Below are positions 15,536 to 28,430 of a DNA stretch of 64,000 nt, piece by piece. Below the pieces are notes generated by a model. It was not told where the DNA came from, did not search any database, and saw nothing but the letters and a program-made list of their open reading frames with translations. Source of the DNA: Octopus vulgaris (Eukaryota); NCBI GenBank assembly GCA_951406725.2, contig OX597828.1:74772001-74836000 (forward strand), written 5' to 3'. A program made the translations under genes and the position numbers. The stretch's first letter is position 1. Each line of letters begins with the position of its first letter.

Positions 15536-16526
15536 CTCTATTCGATCCATCATGTGGGGCGAGGTGGGGGATAAGAATGAAAGATCAAACCATTTCACTT
15601 CTCCCCACCAAATTCTCGGTATTTATCGGCCAATAATCAGAAATTGTTCTCATTACTGGAACGGTAAAAATCCAAGTAGAATTTACCGGTTTCTAGCATT
15701 TATTGATCTTTCCGTCAGTTCGAGGAAAACTAAAAAGCTGTACCAGTCATACACGAAGGTTAATCAATCTGCTACAGATGTCGCCCATCAGTTTTAAGCA
15801 TCATAAATGGGAGAAATTATTTCATAATTCAAAAACACAGTCTATTACAATCGTGTATACACGCACATACACGAGTGTACGTACACACACACAAACGAGA
15901 ACATACGTTCACACATACACACACACACAAAAGCATAGATATACACACACAGACAAAAGCATAGATACACACACATAAACGAGAGCATACACACACAAAA
16001 GCATAGATACACACACACACAAACGCATAGATACACACACATAAATGAGAGCATACGTTCACACACACACTCACACACACAAAAGTATAGATACACACAC
16101 ACACAGACAAAAGCATAGATACACACACACATAAACAGATGAATGTACAGCCACATACATAGACGAGAGCCTGCATACACACTTACACACACATATATTC
16201 CTAGAGTAGCGAGAAAAAACACACAGACAGGTGGTGGTGCTGTTCTTTCTCTCGTTGTTTTGAAATCCTTTAGAATGGCTAAAAACGAACCAAAGAACAC
16301 ACAAATAGAAGAAGTCACACACACACGCACGCAATATGTCCACTCGTGTGGCTGGTTTACTTCAAAACATAAACAGACTCGGCTAATAAGAATAACTCCT
16401 GCCGTGCCAAACCATGCTAAGCCAGGCCAGATGCTCTCCTCTCGTTTGGTATCTATAAGTCACCAACTTCGATGACTCATACTCACACACGCACGCACTT
16501 CACCCTTCTCTCTCTCTCTCTATCTA

Positions 16527-16795
16527 TCTCTCTTACTATCACTCTCTTTCCCTCCCCTCCCTGTCACTATTACTCTCTCTCTCTTACTATCACTCTCTTT
16601 TCCTCCCCTCCCTGTCACTATTACTCTCTCTCTCTTACTATCACTCTCTTTTCCTCCCCTCCCTGTCACTATTACTCTCTCTCTCTTACTATCACTCTCT
16701 TTTCCTCCCCTCCCTGTCATTATTACTCTCTCTATCTGTCTCTCTTACTGTCACTCTCTTTCCCTCCCCTCTCTGTCACTATTACTCTCTCTCTC
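16527..16795. repeat. 51-bp pyrimidine-rich minisatellite, ~5 copies
   Basis: The unit CTCTCTTACTATCACTCTCTTTTCCTCCCCTCCCTGTCACTATTACTCTCT-like gives the 17-aa periodicity in the ORF track. Confidence 0.9.
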
Positions 16796-17500
16796 TCCCC
16801 CCTTATTACTCCGCCGTCGCTCCTCCACCCTTCTCACCAATCTCCAAAGCCGGCATAAACAATCTGCAATATCTCCTTTTTATTCTTCTTTCTGGCTTCT
16901 ATTTCCTCTCATTTTTATTCATCCATTAATTCCTCTCCTCCTCCTCATTCTACACCGCTCCCACCCTGCCTCGCCCACCCTCTTCTGCTTGCTATCATTT
17001 TCACGGATGGATCAAGAAATTGGATATATTCATTGTGCCAAACACTCTTCATGTTTTCATCCTTCATTAGACTCTTCTCTCTTTCTCCACTTCGTTCTGC
17101 TTTCATCGATTCTCCTACACTCTCCCCCTTCTCTCTTTCCCCCTTCTCTCTCTCCCTCTCTCTCTCACTCTTCGTTTCAACACCAAAATCTATCCACGTT
17201 CTTACCAAACTCATTCCTCGCTTCATTCTGGTACCAAATTATGTGTGTTTGTCTGCCTGTCTCTCTCTCTCTCTCTCCCCCCTCTCTCTCTCTCTCTCTG
17301 TCTCTCCTCTCCCTCCTGGTGTCTCATTTTCTCTCCTCGTGATTACGAAACCAAACTCCCCAATTTCTTTCCTAGGCCGTGACACTAAACTCCTTTTCCT
17401 TTCGTTTTGTTAAATTGTTATAAAGTTTCGCCCTCCTCTCATTTCTTCTTGAATATGAAACCAAATTCTCCCTTTTTCTCTCCTTGTCTTTGGCACCAAA

Positions 17501-17535
<35 letters not shown>

Positions 17536-17899
17536 CCTCTACTTTATGACACCAAAGCGAAAGAGCTTGACCTGGTGTTTAGGGCATTACACTCATGACA
17601 GTAAGTTCGTGGTTTCGATTTGCGAACCGCGCGGTTAAATGAGCTCTTGAGCAAAACACTTCATTTCACATGTTGGCATAGGTTAGCTAGTGTAATAGGA
17701 TCCGCCCAAGGACTGCATCGTGGTACAATGTCTGCTTTGGCATGCTTTCTATAGCTGGATGCCTTTTCTAACTCCAAATGCTTAACAGCGTGGACTCTGC
17801 GCTGCTTTTTTTTGTGCCACCAGCACTAGTGAGGTTGCCCTACAGCTTGCAAGACTACGAACACCGAAGGAGGTAGCTTTATGCTAGGAGATGAGGGTT

Positions 17900-18625
17900 T
17901 AGGGCCTCAACCTTTTTTATCCTTGCGTAATCCTTAAAATAAATTACATATCTCAAGGAACCCCTGCACAAAAATTATACACCATATCTTATATTTTTAT
18001 TCATCGTAGTTCATGTGGAAAATACATGCATACATACATACTCTTTTACTTGTTTCAGTCATTTGACTGTGGCCATGCTGGTGCACCGCCTTTAGTCGAG
18101 CAAATCGACTCCAGGACTTATTCTTTGTAAGCCTAGTACTTATTCTATCGATCTCTTTTGCCAAACAGCTAAGTTACGAGGACGTAAACACACCAGCATC
18201 GGTTGTCAAGCGATGTTGGGGGGGACGGACAAACACAGACATACATATACACACACATATACGACGGGCTTCTTTCAGTTTCCGTCTACCAAATCCATTC
18301 ACAAGACTTTGGTCGGCCCGAGGCTATAGTAGAAGACACTTGCCCAAGGTGTCACGCATTGGGACTTATCCAGGAACCATATGGTTGGTAAGCAAGCTAC
18401 TTACCACACAGCCACTCCTACGCCTAAATATATATTTATATATTTATATATAAAATTCTTTGATAACATTAAAGGTTAGATAGGATGATGTCTATATTAC
18501 AATCACCAATAATATGTATTACGATCATAAAATTATCATTAGCTTATCTCACTCTTTCTCGCAGAACCCTTAGGAACGTTTTGCGGACCCATAGGGTTCC
18601 AGGGAACCTTGGTTGAGAAATGCTG
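17900..18625. mobile_element. hAT/Charlie-like MITE split by the family A SINE
   Basis: Left part GGGCCTCAACCTTTTT...GGAACCCCTG; right end AGGGTTCCAGGGAACCTTGGTTGAGAAATGCTG. Confidence 0.5.
18041..18425 (-). mobile_element. Full-length tRNA-derived CORE-like SINE, family A (probably an octopus OR-type SINE), with internal microsatellite
   Basis: The minus strand has a head GGCGTAGGAGTGGCTGTGTGGTAAG, a CORE-like CCTTGGGCAAGTGTCTT, an internal (TG/TA)n and a tail ...ACTGAAACAAGTAAAAGAG. Confidence 0.85.
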
Positions 18626-18684
18626 ATTTAAGGTATGAAAGAAAGGGCCAGAATAGAACAGGTTTCTTGCTGTAGAGGAACGTA

Positions 18685-18860
18685 CAGGCGTGTGGCTTGG
18701 AGGGCGTTATTGGACTCATTATTCTAAGATCGGAGTTTCGAATTCTGGATCGAGTGTCTTGAGCAAAACACTTTATTTTACGTTGCTCCTGTCCACTCAG
18801 TTGGCAAATATGAGTGAGTAATCCTGCGAGGGACTGGCATCCCATCCAGGATGGGGAGAA
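18685..18860 (+). mobile_element. tRNA-derived SINE, family D (CTTGAGCAAAACACTT core plus V-domain-like CCTGCGAGGGACTGGCATCCCATCCAGG)
   Basis: Degenerate A/B boxes. Related heads/cores occur at 17560-17700, 32100-32410 (-), 53080-53295 and 57680-57950. Confidence 0.6.
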
Positions 18861-20069
18861 TATATATATATACACCACTCGGGTAGGATCTTTATCCTTC
18901 TTTTATCTGTAGAGTTCCAGGGTTACTGTTTAGAAGAAAGGGTGGAAACGATCGGGTGCTGATGAGGTGTTTTTGTGATACATCATCATCATCATTATCA
19001 TCATTTAACGTCCGCCTTCCATGCTGGCATAGGTTGGACAAAAAAATATTGCATGATCCGCAGAATGTATTCCGAATATGGAAATAATATAAAGTTTTAT
19101 CTTATAATTGTTTCAAACATTTGACTGGCCATGCTGAATCGACAGCAGTACCTATTTTTCATGTGAGCCTGGTGCTTATTATATCTTCCTATTTTGCCGA
19201 ACCGCTAAATTACGGGATCTAAACACACCAACACCGGTTATCAAGCGGTGGTGGACAGGGACACACACACGCATACATACATACATTCACACACATATAT
19301 GTGTGTGTGTGTACGTACATACGTACACGACGGGTTTCTTTCAGTTTCCATCTGCCAGATCCACTCTCAAGGCTTTGGTCGGCCCTAGGCTACAGAATCC
19401 TTAAGGTGCTTCGCAGTGAGATTGAACATGGAACCATGGGGTTGAGAAGCAGGCTTATCACTACTCAGTCGCTACGCATATTCACAAAAAGAAATTGCGT
19501 GTGAGCCCATGTATATATATATACCTGTTTGTGCGTATTTGTCTTTCTGTATGTGTGTGTATTACATATGCAGTGGAGGCCGCTTATTGTAATCACAGAT
19601 AACGTTATCAAAATCAACATCCCGAACATTTTACTTACTCAACGTTATCTCGCAGTCGTTATCAAAAATGTCTCGTCCCAAAATGATCACAATAAGCGGC
19701 CTGCACTCTTGTCTATTGTATGTTCCAGTGTGGTTTAGAGTCTGTTTGTCTTGTACGATTTAAAGTTTTCCAGTTGCTGTTGTTGTTGTTCTCGTTGTTT
19801 AGTCGTTAATATTTGAATTTCATTTTCCACCTCCTCCTCCTCTTCTTGCCACTCACTGCCTCTCCTCTTACTTTTCCTCCAGTTGTTCTTCTCTCTGTCT
19901 TTCTTCCACCGCCAGCAACACCTTTATCGAGTGTGGCAGGTGTAAAACGAAGAGGTGAAACTGCCTGACAGATATATAAGGCTCGCTCTTAACCATACCA
20001 CCCCAACCACCACCACCACTGTGTGAGCATGTATGTTTGTGTCAGTATATAAATGTGCGTGTCTATGTA

Positions 20070-20117
<48 letters not shown>

Positions 20118-20626
20118 GTGTGGTGTACTTTTTGATGTCTAGTCATGCTCTACACACAACACGCACTTGCCAATTTCTCTTATCCAATCATAAACCGGTG
20201 TGAACAAGTTCAAATGTTTATAATTTTATACCCAACAGCTGTTTCCCTGAAGCCAAACCGCTAGAAATAGCAGCCAACCCCTTTGATACCAGCTCAGCTA
20301 ATGCTGCCCCTGATTCTGATACAAACTTTTCAATTTAAAATGATTCGAATGTAAATCTTTCATCAAACTTCGATGTTAATTTATGCCCCAAACACCAGCT
20401 TAATAATGATAAAATTTATTTAAACCCTTTTGTTACCATATTTCTATTGACATACATTGCCCTTTTGTTTCAATTAATTTTGTAAAATAAAGAAGAATTT
20501 CATTAAAGTAACTTCTGTCATTATTAAGCTGGTGTTTGGAACGTAAATTAACACATTTTGATGCAAGGTTTTAATTTACAACTCTCTAAAACAGGATGTT
20601 GTATCGTAGGGTTGTAGGCGGTTTCA

Positions 20627-20673
<47 letters not shown>

Positions 20674-20719
20674 GATTAATAAATTCTTCGTTATAATAAT
20701 AAAAAAATGAAATAAACAT

Positions 20720-20985
20720 AGTGTAATTTCAACAGAAAAATCTTATTAGATTTCTTCCAGCCACTTGAAGGTTTTCAAATCTTCTTCACCAGATTATTTT
20801 CCAAGACAATAGACATCAGCTCAGACAAAATGTCAATGATCTAGTCATATAACTTTATTAATTTTTTAGGACAAAATGAATGCAATTTTCATCACCAGCA
20901 AACCACAGTCTTTGAAATTAATCTGGTGAAAATTTAAAGACCTTTGCGAAGTTGGAAGAAATTAAACAAGACCCAATTGTAATAT
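20720..20985. mobile_element. Foldback/MITE-like element with imperfect long inverted repeats
   Basis: TTTCTTCCAG...TTCACCAGATTATTTTCCAAGAC is inverted to GTCTTTGAAATTAATCTGGTGAA...TTGGAAGAAA. Confidence 0.6.
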
Positions 20986-23900
20986 AACGAAAGGCTAAAC
21001 TCGTTCAACTACCTCCTATAATCACGTATATCGCTGTATCTTAATTAAACAAACGCCAGGTGATAACGGCTGGTTTACCTTTGATCATAGGGTAACTGAA
21101 TTCAGGGTTTAGAGGCTGCTGTAAACCCGGAGGACAGTTCTTTCTTTAGGGCCTGTCCAACAGAAAGACGGTAAAGCGGGGGAATCTGGCCAGTTTGGGT
21201 CAAAACAAACATCAGCTGTTTCTTGTACAAGATGAAGCAAACCTATGGTCAAAGTTGTTCCGACCATGACCGTCCCTCATTTTTTTCAGCTGCAATGCGA
21301 CCCAGATTACCAGACTACATTATTCAATATGTCCTTTGGGACATGGTTGGTGGGGAGACTTAGTTGTTATTGCTAGCAAGTCGAATGATCACATAGAAAG
21401 TTTGGGGAGGTAGGGAGAGAGATGGAAAATGTGACTGTACCGCTTGTGTGTGTGTGTATTTATAGGTGACTGTGTGTGTGTGTTGCAGCTTATATTTAAA
21501 CTAACTTAATTACACCTGAACCGTTTCCACCTTACTCCTCCTCTTCCCTCTTCTCTTATCTCATACCTCCCCTCCTCTCCCCCTTTCACCTGTCTTTTCT
21601 TATCTCTGTTCTCCTCCTCCTCCTCCACCCGTCCTATAATTATATATCCTCCCCCTCAACCCCCCCCAACTGCCCCCCCCCCTCTCTACAAAACCAAAAG
21701 ACACACCACCACCCACACACCCACCTTCCGATACTGATTTCAGCAGGAAATACCTCTTTCCTTTTTTTGCCCGGCCATCCGGTTTTACAGATGCTTATAA
21801 CCGTCCTTACCATCACACCATCACACCACCACCACCACCACCACCACCACCACAAACACCACCATCATCAGCATAATCATCACCGACATCGCCACCACCA
21901 TCACTTAGATATTAATAGTTCTAACGCCTCTTTAAATCACCGAATGTCATGTCCCTGCTAGTTTAACAAAGGGCGCCTCTACATGGTCGCGTGATGTGCT
22001 AAAAATAGGAACCGAACCGTTTTTCAAATCACACGCTTACATCTATCTGAAAAGAGGAAAAAGACAGGACACATTGGATAGTTTTAGCATTTATATATAG
22101 ATGGAATGGTCATGACTGGAACGTCTTAGATTATAAGTCTTCTCAATCAGAACTGACCTGTGACTAAACAGCAGCTGGATCTGTTTCTGGTTGACTTTCT
22201 CTTTTGCCGTTTTTTTTCTCTAGTCTTCTCCCCACCCCCTCTCTGTCTCCCCCTCTCTCTCTCTCTCTTTCTCTCTCTTTCATGTTTGTGTTTTTAAAGA
22301 CAGGGAGGTGGGTGTCTGAGAGATAGAAGTGTGTACTCCACCCTTATTACACAACAGCCTCCCCCCCTTACTTCCTCTCTACCCGCCTCACCCCTTAGTA
22401 ACATTTCAATGAAAGAGCTGACCCCCCCCCCCCCCCGACCCCTACAATTTAAGTAGATTAGTCAAAGAGAAAATGGCTGCTTAAAATGTTATCCTTGAAG
22501 CAAAGAAAGGCAAATAAACATGGCGGTGGTGGTGGTGGTGGTGGTGGTGGTGGTGGTGGTGGTGGCGGTGGTGGTGGTGGTGGTGGTGGTGGTGGTGGTG
22601 ATGGTTATGTAATTGTGTTGTGATGACAACTTGTGATGGTGATGACAGTGGTGGTGTAACTGTGTTGTGATTACGATGATAATGATGGTGGGGTGGGGGT
22701 AGTGACGGTGCCATTTGAGGTACTAAATGGTAGTGGTTGTGGTGATGATGTAATATTTTGAGTTATGATGATGGTGATGGTGCTGTAGATGGTGATGTTG
22801 ATGATGATAATGATGATGACAATGCTGCTGATGGTGACTATGAAAGCTTATAGAGTAAATGAACTAACTCACCCCAACACACACACACACACACACACAC
22901 ACATCTGAAGAGAGAAAGTGATTTTGTGAGAAAAAACACCTAATTTAAGATCCCCTAATGCTAGGTACCTTATTACCTCTTCAAAGGTACCTTATTCTTC
23001 AAAGAAGGCAATTATTATAAATGAGGTCTTGTACTTATCTTTTAGAATTTAAACCAGGTATATCCAGCCTTAAATATTCCGCGCATTTTATGTTCAGACC
23101 AACCAGCTCCAACCTCTCACACCTACCCTACAATGTCATTGAGAAAATAAACAATAACATCACTGCAATGGCTGCTGCTGAAGTAATCCTCCCCTCCCAA
23201 TATTGTATATTTTTAACACAGTGTGTCCATAAAAGATGTTATCTCAGAATAAATAGTTATAACTGGCCTATCAACATTGTATATACATGGAGTATGATAC
23301 AACAATGGCTATATTTCTATGTCATTCACCCAGGACAGTTAGCCACAGTTTGCACTGAGTATGCATTTCTGCTAAAGAGTTTCCAAAAGTAAAGAAACCT
23401 GTATAAAGTTATCTCCCTCTACTTGCCCCCCTCTCTACTACCCAAATATCAATCATTGTAGAATAACTTTGTTTTTTGTGCATATTTTTGGCTGTCTTTT
23501 TTTTTCAGTTTGAATTTTTTTGTATATTTTAAAGATTAAATCAACATTTATCATCGTTTGACAATTCTTTATTCAATTTTTATGTTAATCTTCCCAAGAA
23601 TTTAATTTCAAGAAAAGCTATATTTTCTCCAAATTAACGTGCAGTCATCTATGAATGGCTCTCTTAATTACCATTCCATCTTTTGTTATCAGTTTTATTG
23701 TATTCTATTAATTCTTCATTAAACCAAGAAAGAATCTTTGAGACACAATGAATGAGTTAATGATCTCACCAAATAGTTTTGGCATTGCTCATTAAATTTG
23801 TACAAAACTGCAAGAATCTGAATCCATTCTTTTTTGGTAAAAACATATCAACGGAAGCATAAAGTAAAAGACAGACAAATTCTTCTTTTCTTCTTTTTCT

Positions 23901-24164
23901 ATTCTTAAATCTGCAAAATGACTAAACTTGGTCATTCATTGATATATTACCAACATTCTTTGGCAAAGTTCTCATATTCCTTTCTTATAACATTGAATCT
24001 CTCTCTTCAAAACCCTTCAGCATTCAGATCACTCTGCCAAATGTGTAATGCTCATTTGATCATGTTGTTTTGAATTTGTTATGCACCATTTTGCACCATC
24101 AAATCAATGGACGTGTAATGGCACGGATATCACAACTACAATTTATCTGTTGGTTTAATATCAT

Positions 24165-24400
24165 ACCTAGGTTCAAAGTTGTGCAATAGGATAACCACAT
24201 CCAAATATTTATTTGGGAAATAATATTTTACACCTGACATGTACACGCATATTGTAACAGACATTACTACTGTTTTTAACCCTGGGAAGAGCTTCTTCCA
24301 ACTGGTTATCAATGCACTCTACACCCGGTATATATTGCAAGCAGGGGTATGAACCCCTGTTATCTTCGAGCAGACAACGGAATCACCAGACCGAATGGTA
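24165..24400 (-). mobile_element. Possible additional tRNA-headed SINE
   Basis: The minus strand starts ACCATTCGGTCTGGTG...CAGGGGTTCATACCCCTG (A/B-box-like, T-arm hairpin). It is single copy here. Confidence 0.4.
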
Positions 24401-24550
24401 TATAATCTTTATCATTGAATGTCTTTCTTCCATATTGGCATAAGTTGAAGGATTTGATAGGGTCCAATGAGCCAAAGCACAGTATTGAAATCCAGTGTTG
24501 GCGCTAGAATGGTTTCTATGGCTGCCAGTCACCTTATCTGTTATCATTTT

Positions 24551-24912
24551 ATCTTTTACTTGTTTCAGTCATTAGACTGTGGCCATGCTGGGGCACTGCC
24601 TTGAACTATTTTAGTTGAACAAATGGATCCCAGGATTTATTATTTTTTTAAGCCTAATACTTATGCTATCAGTCTCTTTTGCTGGACTGCTAAGCTATGC
24701 GGATATAAACACACCACCACCACCACCAGTTGTCAAGCGGTGGTGGGACACATACACACACACACACACATATACAATGGGCTTCTTTCAGTTTCCATCT
24801 ACCAAATCCACTCGCAAGGCTTTGGTCGGCCCAAGGTGTCATGCAGTGGGATTGAACCTGGAACCATGTGGTTGAGAAGCAAGCTTCTTACCACACAGCC
24901 ACACCTGTGCCT
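24551..24912 (-). mobile_element. SINE family A copy
   Basis: Same head, core and tail as 18041-18425. Confidence 0.85.
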
Positions 24913-24984
24913 TACTGAGTATACTGTATTTTTTGTTTCGTGTTTTTTGTGACATTAACACTTGTGTGATTGCCAAGTAATTTT

Positions 24985-25023
<39 letters not shown>

Positions 25024-26201
25024 GTACTATGTGAGTGTATATGTTCTCCTGACTTGACGTCATGTGGTAATTGTAAAGAAACGCCACTTCTTTGCAAGTG
25101 AAGTCGTTTGTTTACAATCTTCAGCATCAACATATTAAGTCATCCATATTGTCTGAGTTTGAAGGACGATTGAAGATATTAGCTCTCTTGGAAACGGGTG
25201 AGGAATGGCAATAGGGAAGACATCTGGCTGTAGTGACTCTGCCCCAAGAAATTTCAAAAGCATGGGAGAGCAGCTGTTAAATGATGTAAGAATAATTCAC
25301 CTGTTTATGCAGTGAGTTCAAATCCTAACAGCACCACTGAAGTATATTTTGATAATAGGAATGGTGCTGATATAATCAAACTTCTAATGTCTTTTAAATA
25401 AATATCTGTCTTTTATAAAATAAAAGCCAATAACGACACCACCCCTCTCCCTGCACTAGATCTCACCCCACCATTTCCTCAGACCACAGACTCGCCCCAT
25501 CCCCACACCACCCCAAGACCTTTACATGATTTCATCACATTTATTATTTTCCATATTTGACCACTTGAAACATAGTCGGTCAACCGACACATGGATCAAT
25601 GAAATGTCACCAGTGACTCAAGTCTCTGAGGTTGACCTTTCCCTCAACACACCACTGTACCACCATTCACCTCCTCCTCCTCCTTTGCCATTCTTCTCTG
25701 AAGAATGCCTATTGATGCATATTGTAATATTCGCTCTTGAGATATAATGCCGTTGTTGTTGTATAGCCCTCGACTTTTGCTCTGGTCCAGGAGACTGATG
25801 ATCGATCAAAGGCCTGGCATTCCAACCCTGGCCATCCCAACTTATTTACAAATACATTATTCAAGGTCATTATCATTTAATCATCGTTGTTTAACGTCCG
25901 CTTTCCATGCTAGCATAGGTTGGACGATTTGACTGAGGTCTGGCGAACCAGATGGCTCGTCCCTTAAAAAAAAAATTAGTAGGTTGTGATTTCTTGTAAG
26001 TAGAAGGAAGAGACAGAGCCTTCTTTATTCTCCCATTCGTCAGTGTGGTTAGTAATGGGTAACTTCTGAGGAATTTAAAGTCAGAACATACAGTCTTGGA
26101 ATAAATACTGCAACACATCTTAACCAACACTCTTTTTACCAGCTTGCTGCTCTTAATAATAATAATAAAAATAATTATTATTATTATTATTGTTATAATA
26201 A

Positions 26202-26554
26202 ATGCCAACGGATGACAATGTTTCTCTAAAAGAACTGGTGAAACTTTCAAAATACCAAGATCTGGAAATAGGGGTAACCAGAATGTGGAATCTAAAAACA
26301 GAAACAATTCCTATCGTAGTAGGTGCATTAGGTATGATAAAAAAAATATTCAGACAAATAAATAAGCAAAACACCAGGACTTACAAACACATATGACATA
26401 CAAAAAATTGCACTACTAGGCACTGCACACATCCTGTGTAAAACACTTTCAATATAGTGAAAATAAAAACACCACAACAAACCACAGCACATACCCAAGG
26501 CAGACAGAGCTGCACTCGGTAGTGCAGTGAAAGCATGTGATAAAAATAAGACTG

Positions 26555-26557
<3 letters not shown>
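26202..26557 (+). mobile_element. 5'-truncated Dong/R4-clade non-LTR retrotransposon 3' end (restriction-like endonuclease C-terminus plus 3' UTR)
   Basis: It translates PTDDNVSLKELVKLSKYQDLEIGVTRMWNLKTETIPIVVGALGMIKK and, after a +1 slip in an A run, YSDK*ISKTPGLTNTYDIQKIALLGTAHILCKTLSI*. KxxKY-DL, PIVVGALG and QKxALLGTAHIL are R4/Dong hallmarks. It is flanked on both sides by (TAA)n. Confidence 0.85.
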
Positions 26558-26598
<41 letters not shown>

Positions 26599-26702
26599 TA
26601 AAAATAATAATGATAATAATAATAATGATAAAAATAATAATGATAAAAATAATAATGATAATAATAATAATGATAAAAATAATAATGATAATAATAATAA
26701 TG

Positions 26703-26733
<31 letters not shown>
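26558..26733. repeat. (AAT)n/(GAT) compound microsatellite
   Basis: Directly visible. Confidence 0.95.
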
Positions 26734-26735
<2 letters not shown>

Positions 26736-27523
26736 GTTTTAAATTTTGGCACAAGGCCAGCAATTTCAGGAAAAGCTGGGATAGTTGAATACATCAACCC
26801 CACTACTTAACCAGTATGTATGTTATCAACCCTGGAGGGATGAAAGGCAAAGATGGCCTTCACAGAGTTTATTTGATAATAACAGTAATAATGATAAGAA
26901 TTCTTTGTTTTATTTGCCTCAAGGGGCCTTGCATTCATATAAAAAAAATCTTAGAGAAAAGAAGTGGGTCTTGTATGCATTTAGCAGCAAGAAGCCAAAA
27001 TGTTATCAACTATATTAAGACATGTTGTTGATGCCATTAGAATTTATAAACTTTCTGAGAGAGCAAGAAATAATTCTTATTTTTTGGAAGAGAGGATCTC
27101 GAACCAAACAAAAAGCTATAAATAATATCATGTAAACTTTTTTTTGTCTTCCTCTATGTTAGGAGGCACATGCACTCAAAGACACATGTACACATGAAAT
27201 GGAAACCTTCACCAACCAAATTCAATCACAAGGCTCCGGTCAGCCCAAGGCTAGAGCAGAAGACACTTGCCCAAGGTGCCACGCAGTGGGACTGAACCTG
27301 AAACCATGTGGTTCAGAAGCAAGCTTCCTTGAGTTGAAAAACTTGTTTGGAAAGAAAAAGTCGATTTGTACCCAGATATTCTGTGGACATGACAGGGTAG
27401 CTAGCCTTTGACCTTTTCCTACCTAAAAGGGGATTTTCATACCAATATTTACATAGTTCTATATTTAAGAGATGACGAATTATTTACATAAGACAGATAT
27501 TTGTCCTCATCTTGTTTGTTGTT

Positions 27524-27570
27524 AACACAACGTTTCGTCTGATATACCCTCCGGCCTTCATCAGGTCTCT
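27524..27570 (-). ncRNA. Hammerhead motif, mutated mirror copy
   Basis: Reverse complement GAGAC-CUGAUGA-AGGCCGG...UCAGAC-GAAACGUU-GUGUU. The core is intact, with stem I and II mismatches. Confidence 0.6.
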
Positions 27571-27859
27571 TAGGGAAATTTTGAACCTGGGCTCTCATTC
27601 CTAAGGTATTTTTCCAATGTTGTTGTTGTTGTTGTTATTTTTATTATTCAGGTCACTGCCTGGAATCGAACTTGGAATCTTGGAATTAGTAGCCTGCACT
27701 CTTAACCACTATGGGCATATGATGTAGTGGTTAAGAGCGTGGACTACTAACTCCAAGATTCCAAGTTTGATTCCAGGCAGTGACCTGAATGATAATAATA
27801 ATAATAATAACATTGAAAAATACTTTAGGAATGAGAACCCAGGTTCGAAATTTCCCCAA

Positions 27860-27905
27860 GACACCTGATGAAGGCTGGAGGGTATATCAGCCGAAACGTT
27901 GTGTT
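27860..27905 (+). ncRNA. Minimal type I hammerhead ribozyme motif
   Basis: GACAC-CUGAUGA(27865-71)-A-GGCUGG...UCAGCC-GAAA(27893-96)-C-GUU-GUGUU. Stem I GACAC/GUGUU; stem II GGCUG/CAGCC; loopless palindromic stem III ACGU. Confidence 0.75.
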
Positions 27906-28029
27906 AACAACAAACAAAATGAGGACAAATATCCGTCAAATGTTAGTAATGTACAATAGTTACATGTTGTTATTTATAGCTCTGTGTGCTTCAAGGTCCA
28001 CTGTTCCATGAAAAGAATATTAAGACATT

Positions 28030-28430
28030 TAACTCTTTAGCATTTAATCCTTTAGCAGTTCAGATTATTCTGTCAAATCTCATGCTTATTTATTCACAGC
28101 ATCTCAAATTAATCCTGAATTATTTCATAGCTTCAAGATTGTGATGATCTGGTAGTTTGTTTTCAGACTGACATCATCAGGTAGAATGTGAGGGTCCAGA
28201 TATGTTTGGTTTAAATGGTAAAGGGTTAGTTAAACTGGCCGTATCTGGCTGAAATGTCCTGCCCCTTTCATGTTTAAAATGGCCAGATCCAACCTCTTGC
28301 ACTAACCGTACAATGTCATTCTAAACATAAATAATCAGATCATTAGAATCTAGAAGCCACAACATAGTAATTAATATTAAATAAATAAGTTTAAGATTTT
28401 GCCAGAGAAATCTGAATGTTAACCCTTAAG
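28030..28430. mobile_element. TTAA-type (piggyBac-like) MITE family, nested copies
   Basis: Termini TTAAC(C/T)CTTTAGCATT...AAAGGGTTA. Related pieces lie near 23040, 24010, 28680, 36690-36850 and 47000-47470. Confidence 0.55.

Larger units (their letters stand above)
27492..27937. mobile_element. Palindromic head-to-head dimer of a tRNA-headed, hammerhead-carrying element
   Basis: Arms 27492-27711 and 27725-27937 are reverse complements with scattered mismatches around a 13-nt spacer. Confidence 0.9.

Noticed and set aside
21767-22714. Poly-His/poly-Trp ORFs
   Set aside because: They are (CAC)n/(GGT)n trinucleotide microsatellites.
23560-24010. Possible transposase relic on the minus strand
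   Set aside because: It has many stops and no motif I can assign confidently.
25695-25745. Hammerhead-like CTGAAGA-ATGC...GCAT
   Set aside because: No GAAA follows stem II; it is too degenerate to call.
27713-27780. tRNA gene at the palindrome centre
   Set aside because: The cloverleaf is degenerate and the sequence is part of the mirrored mobile unit.
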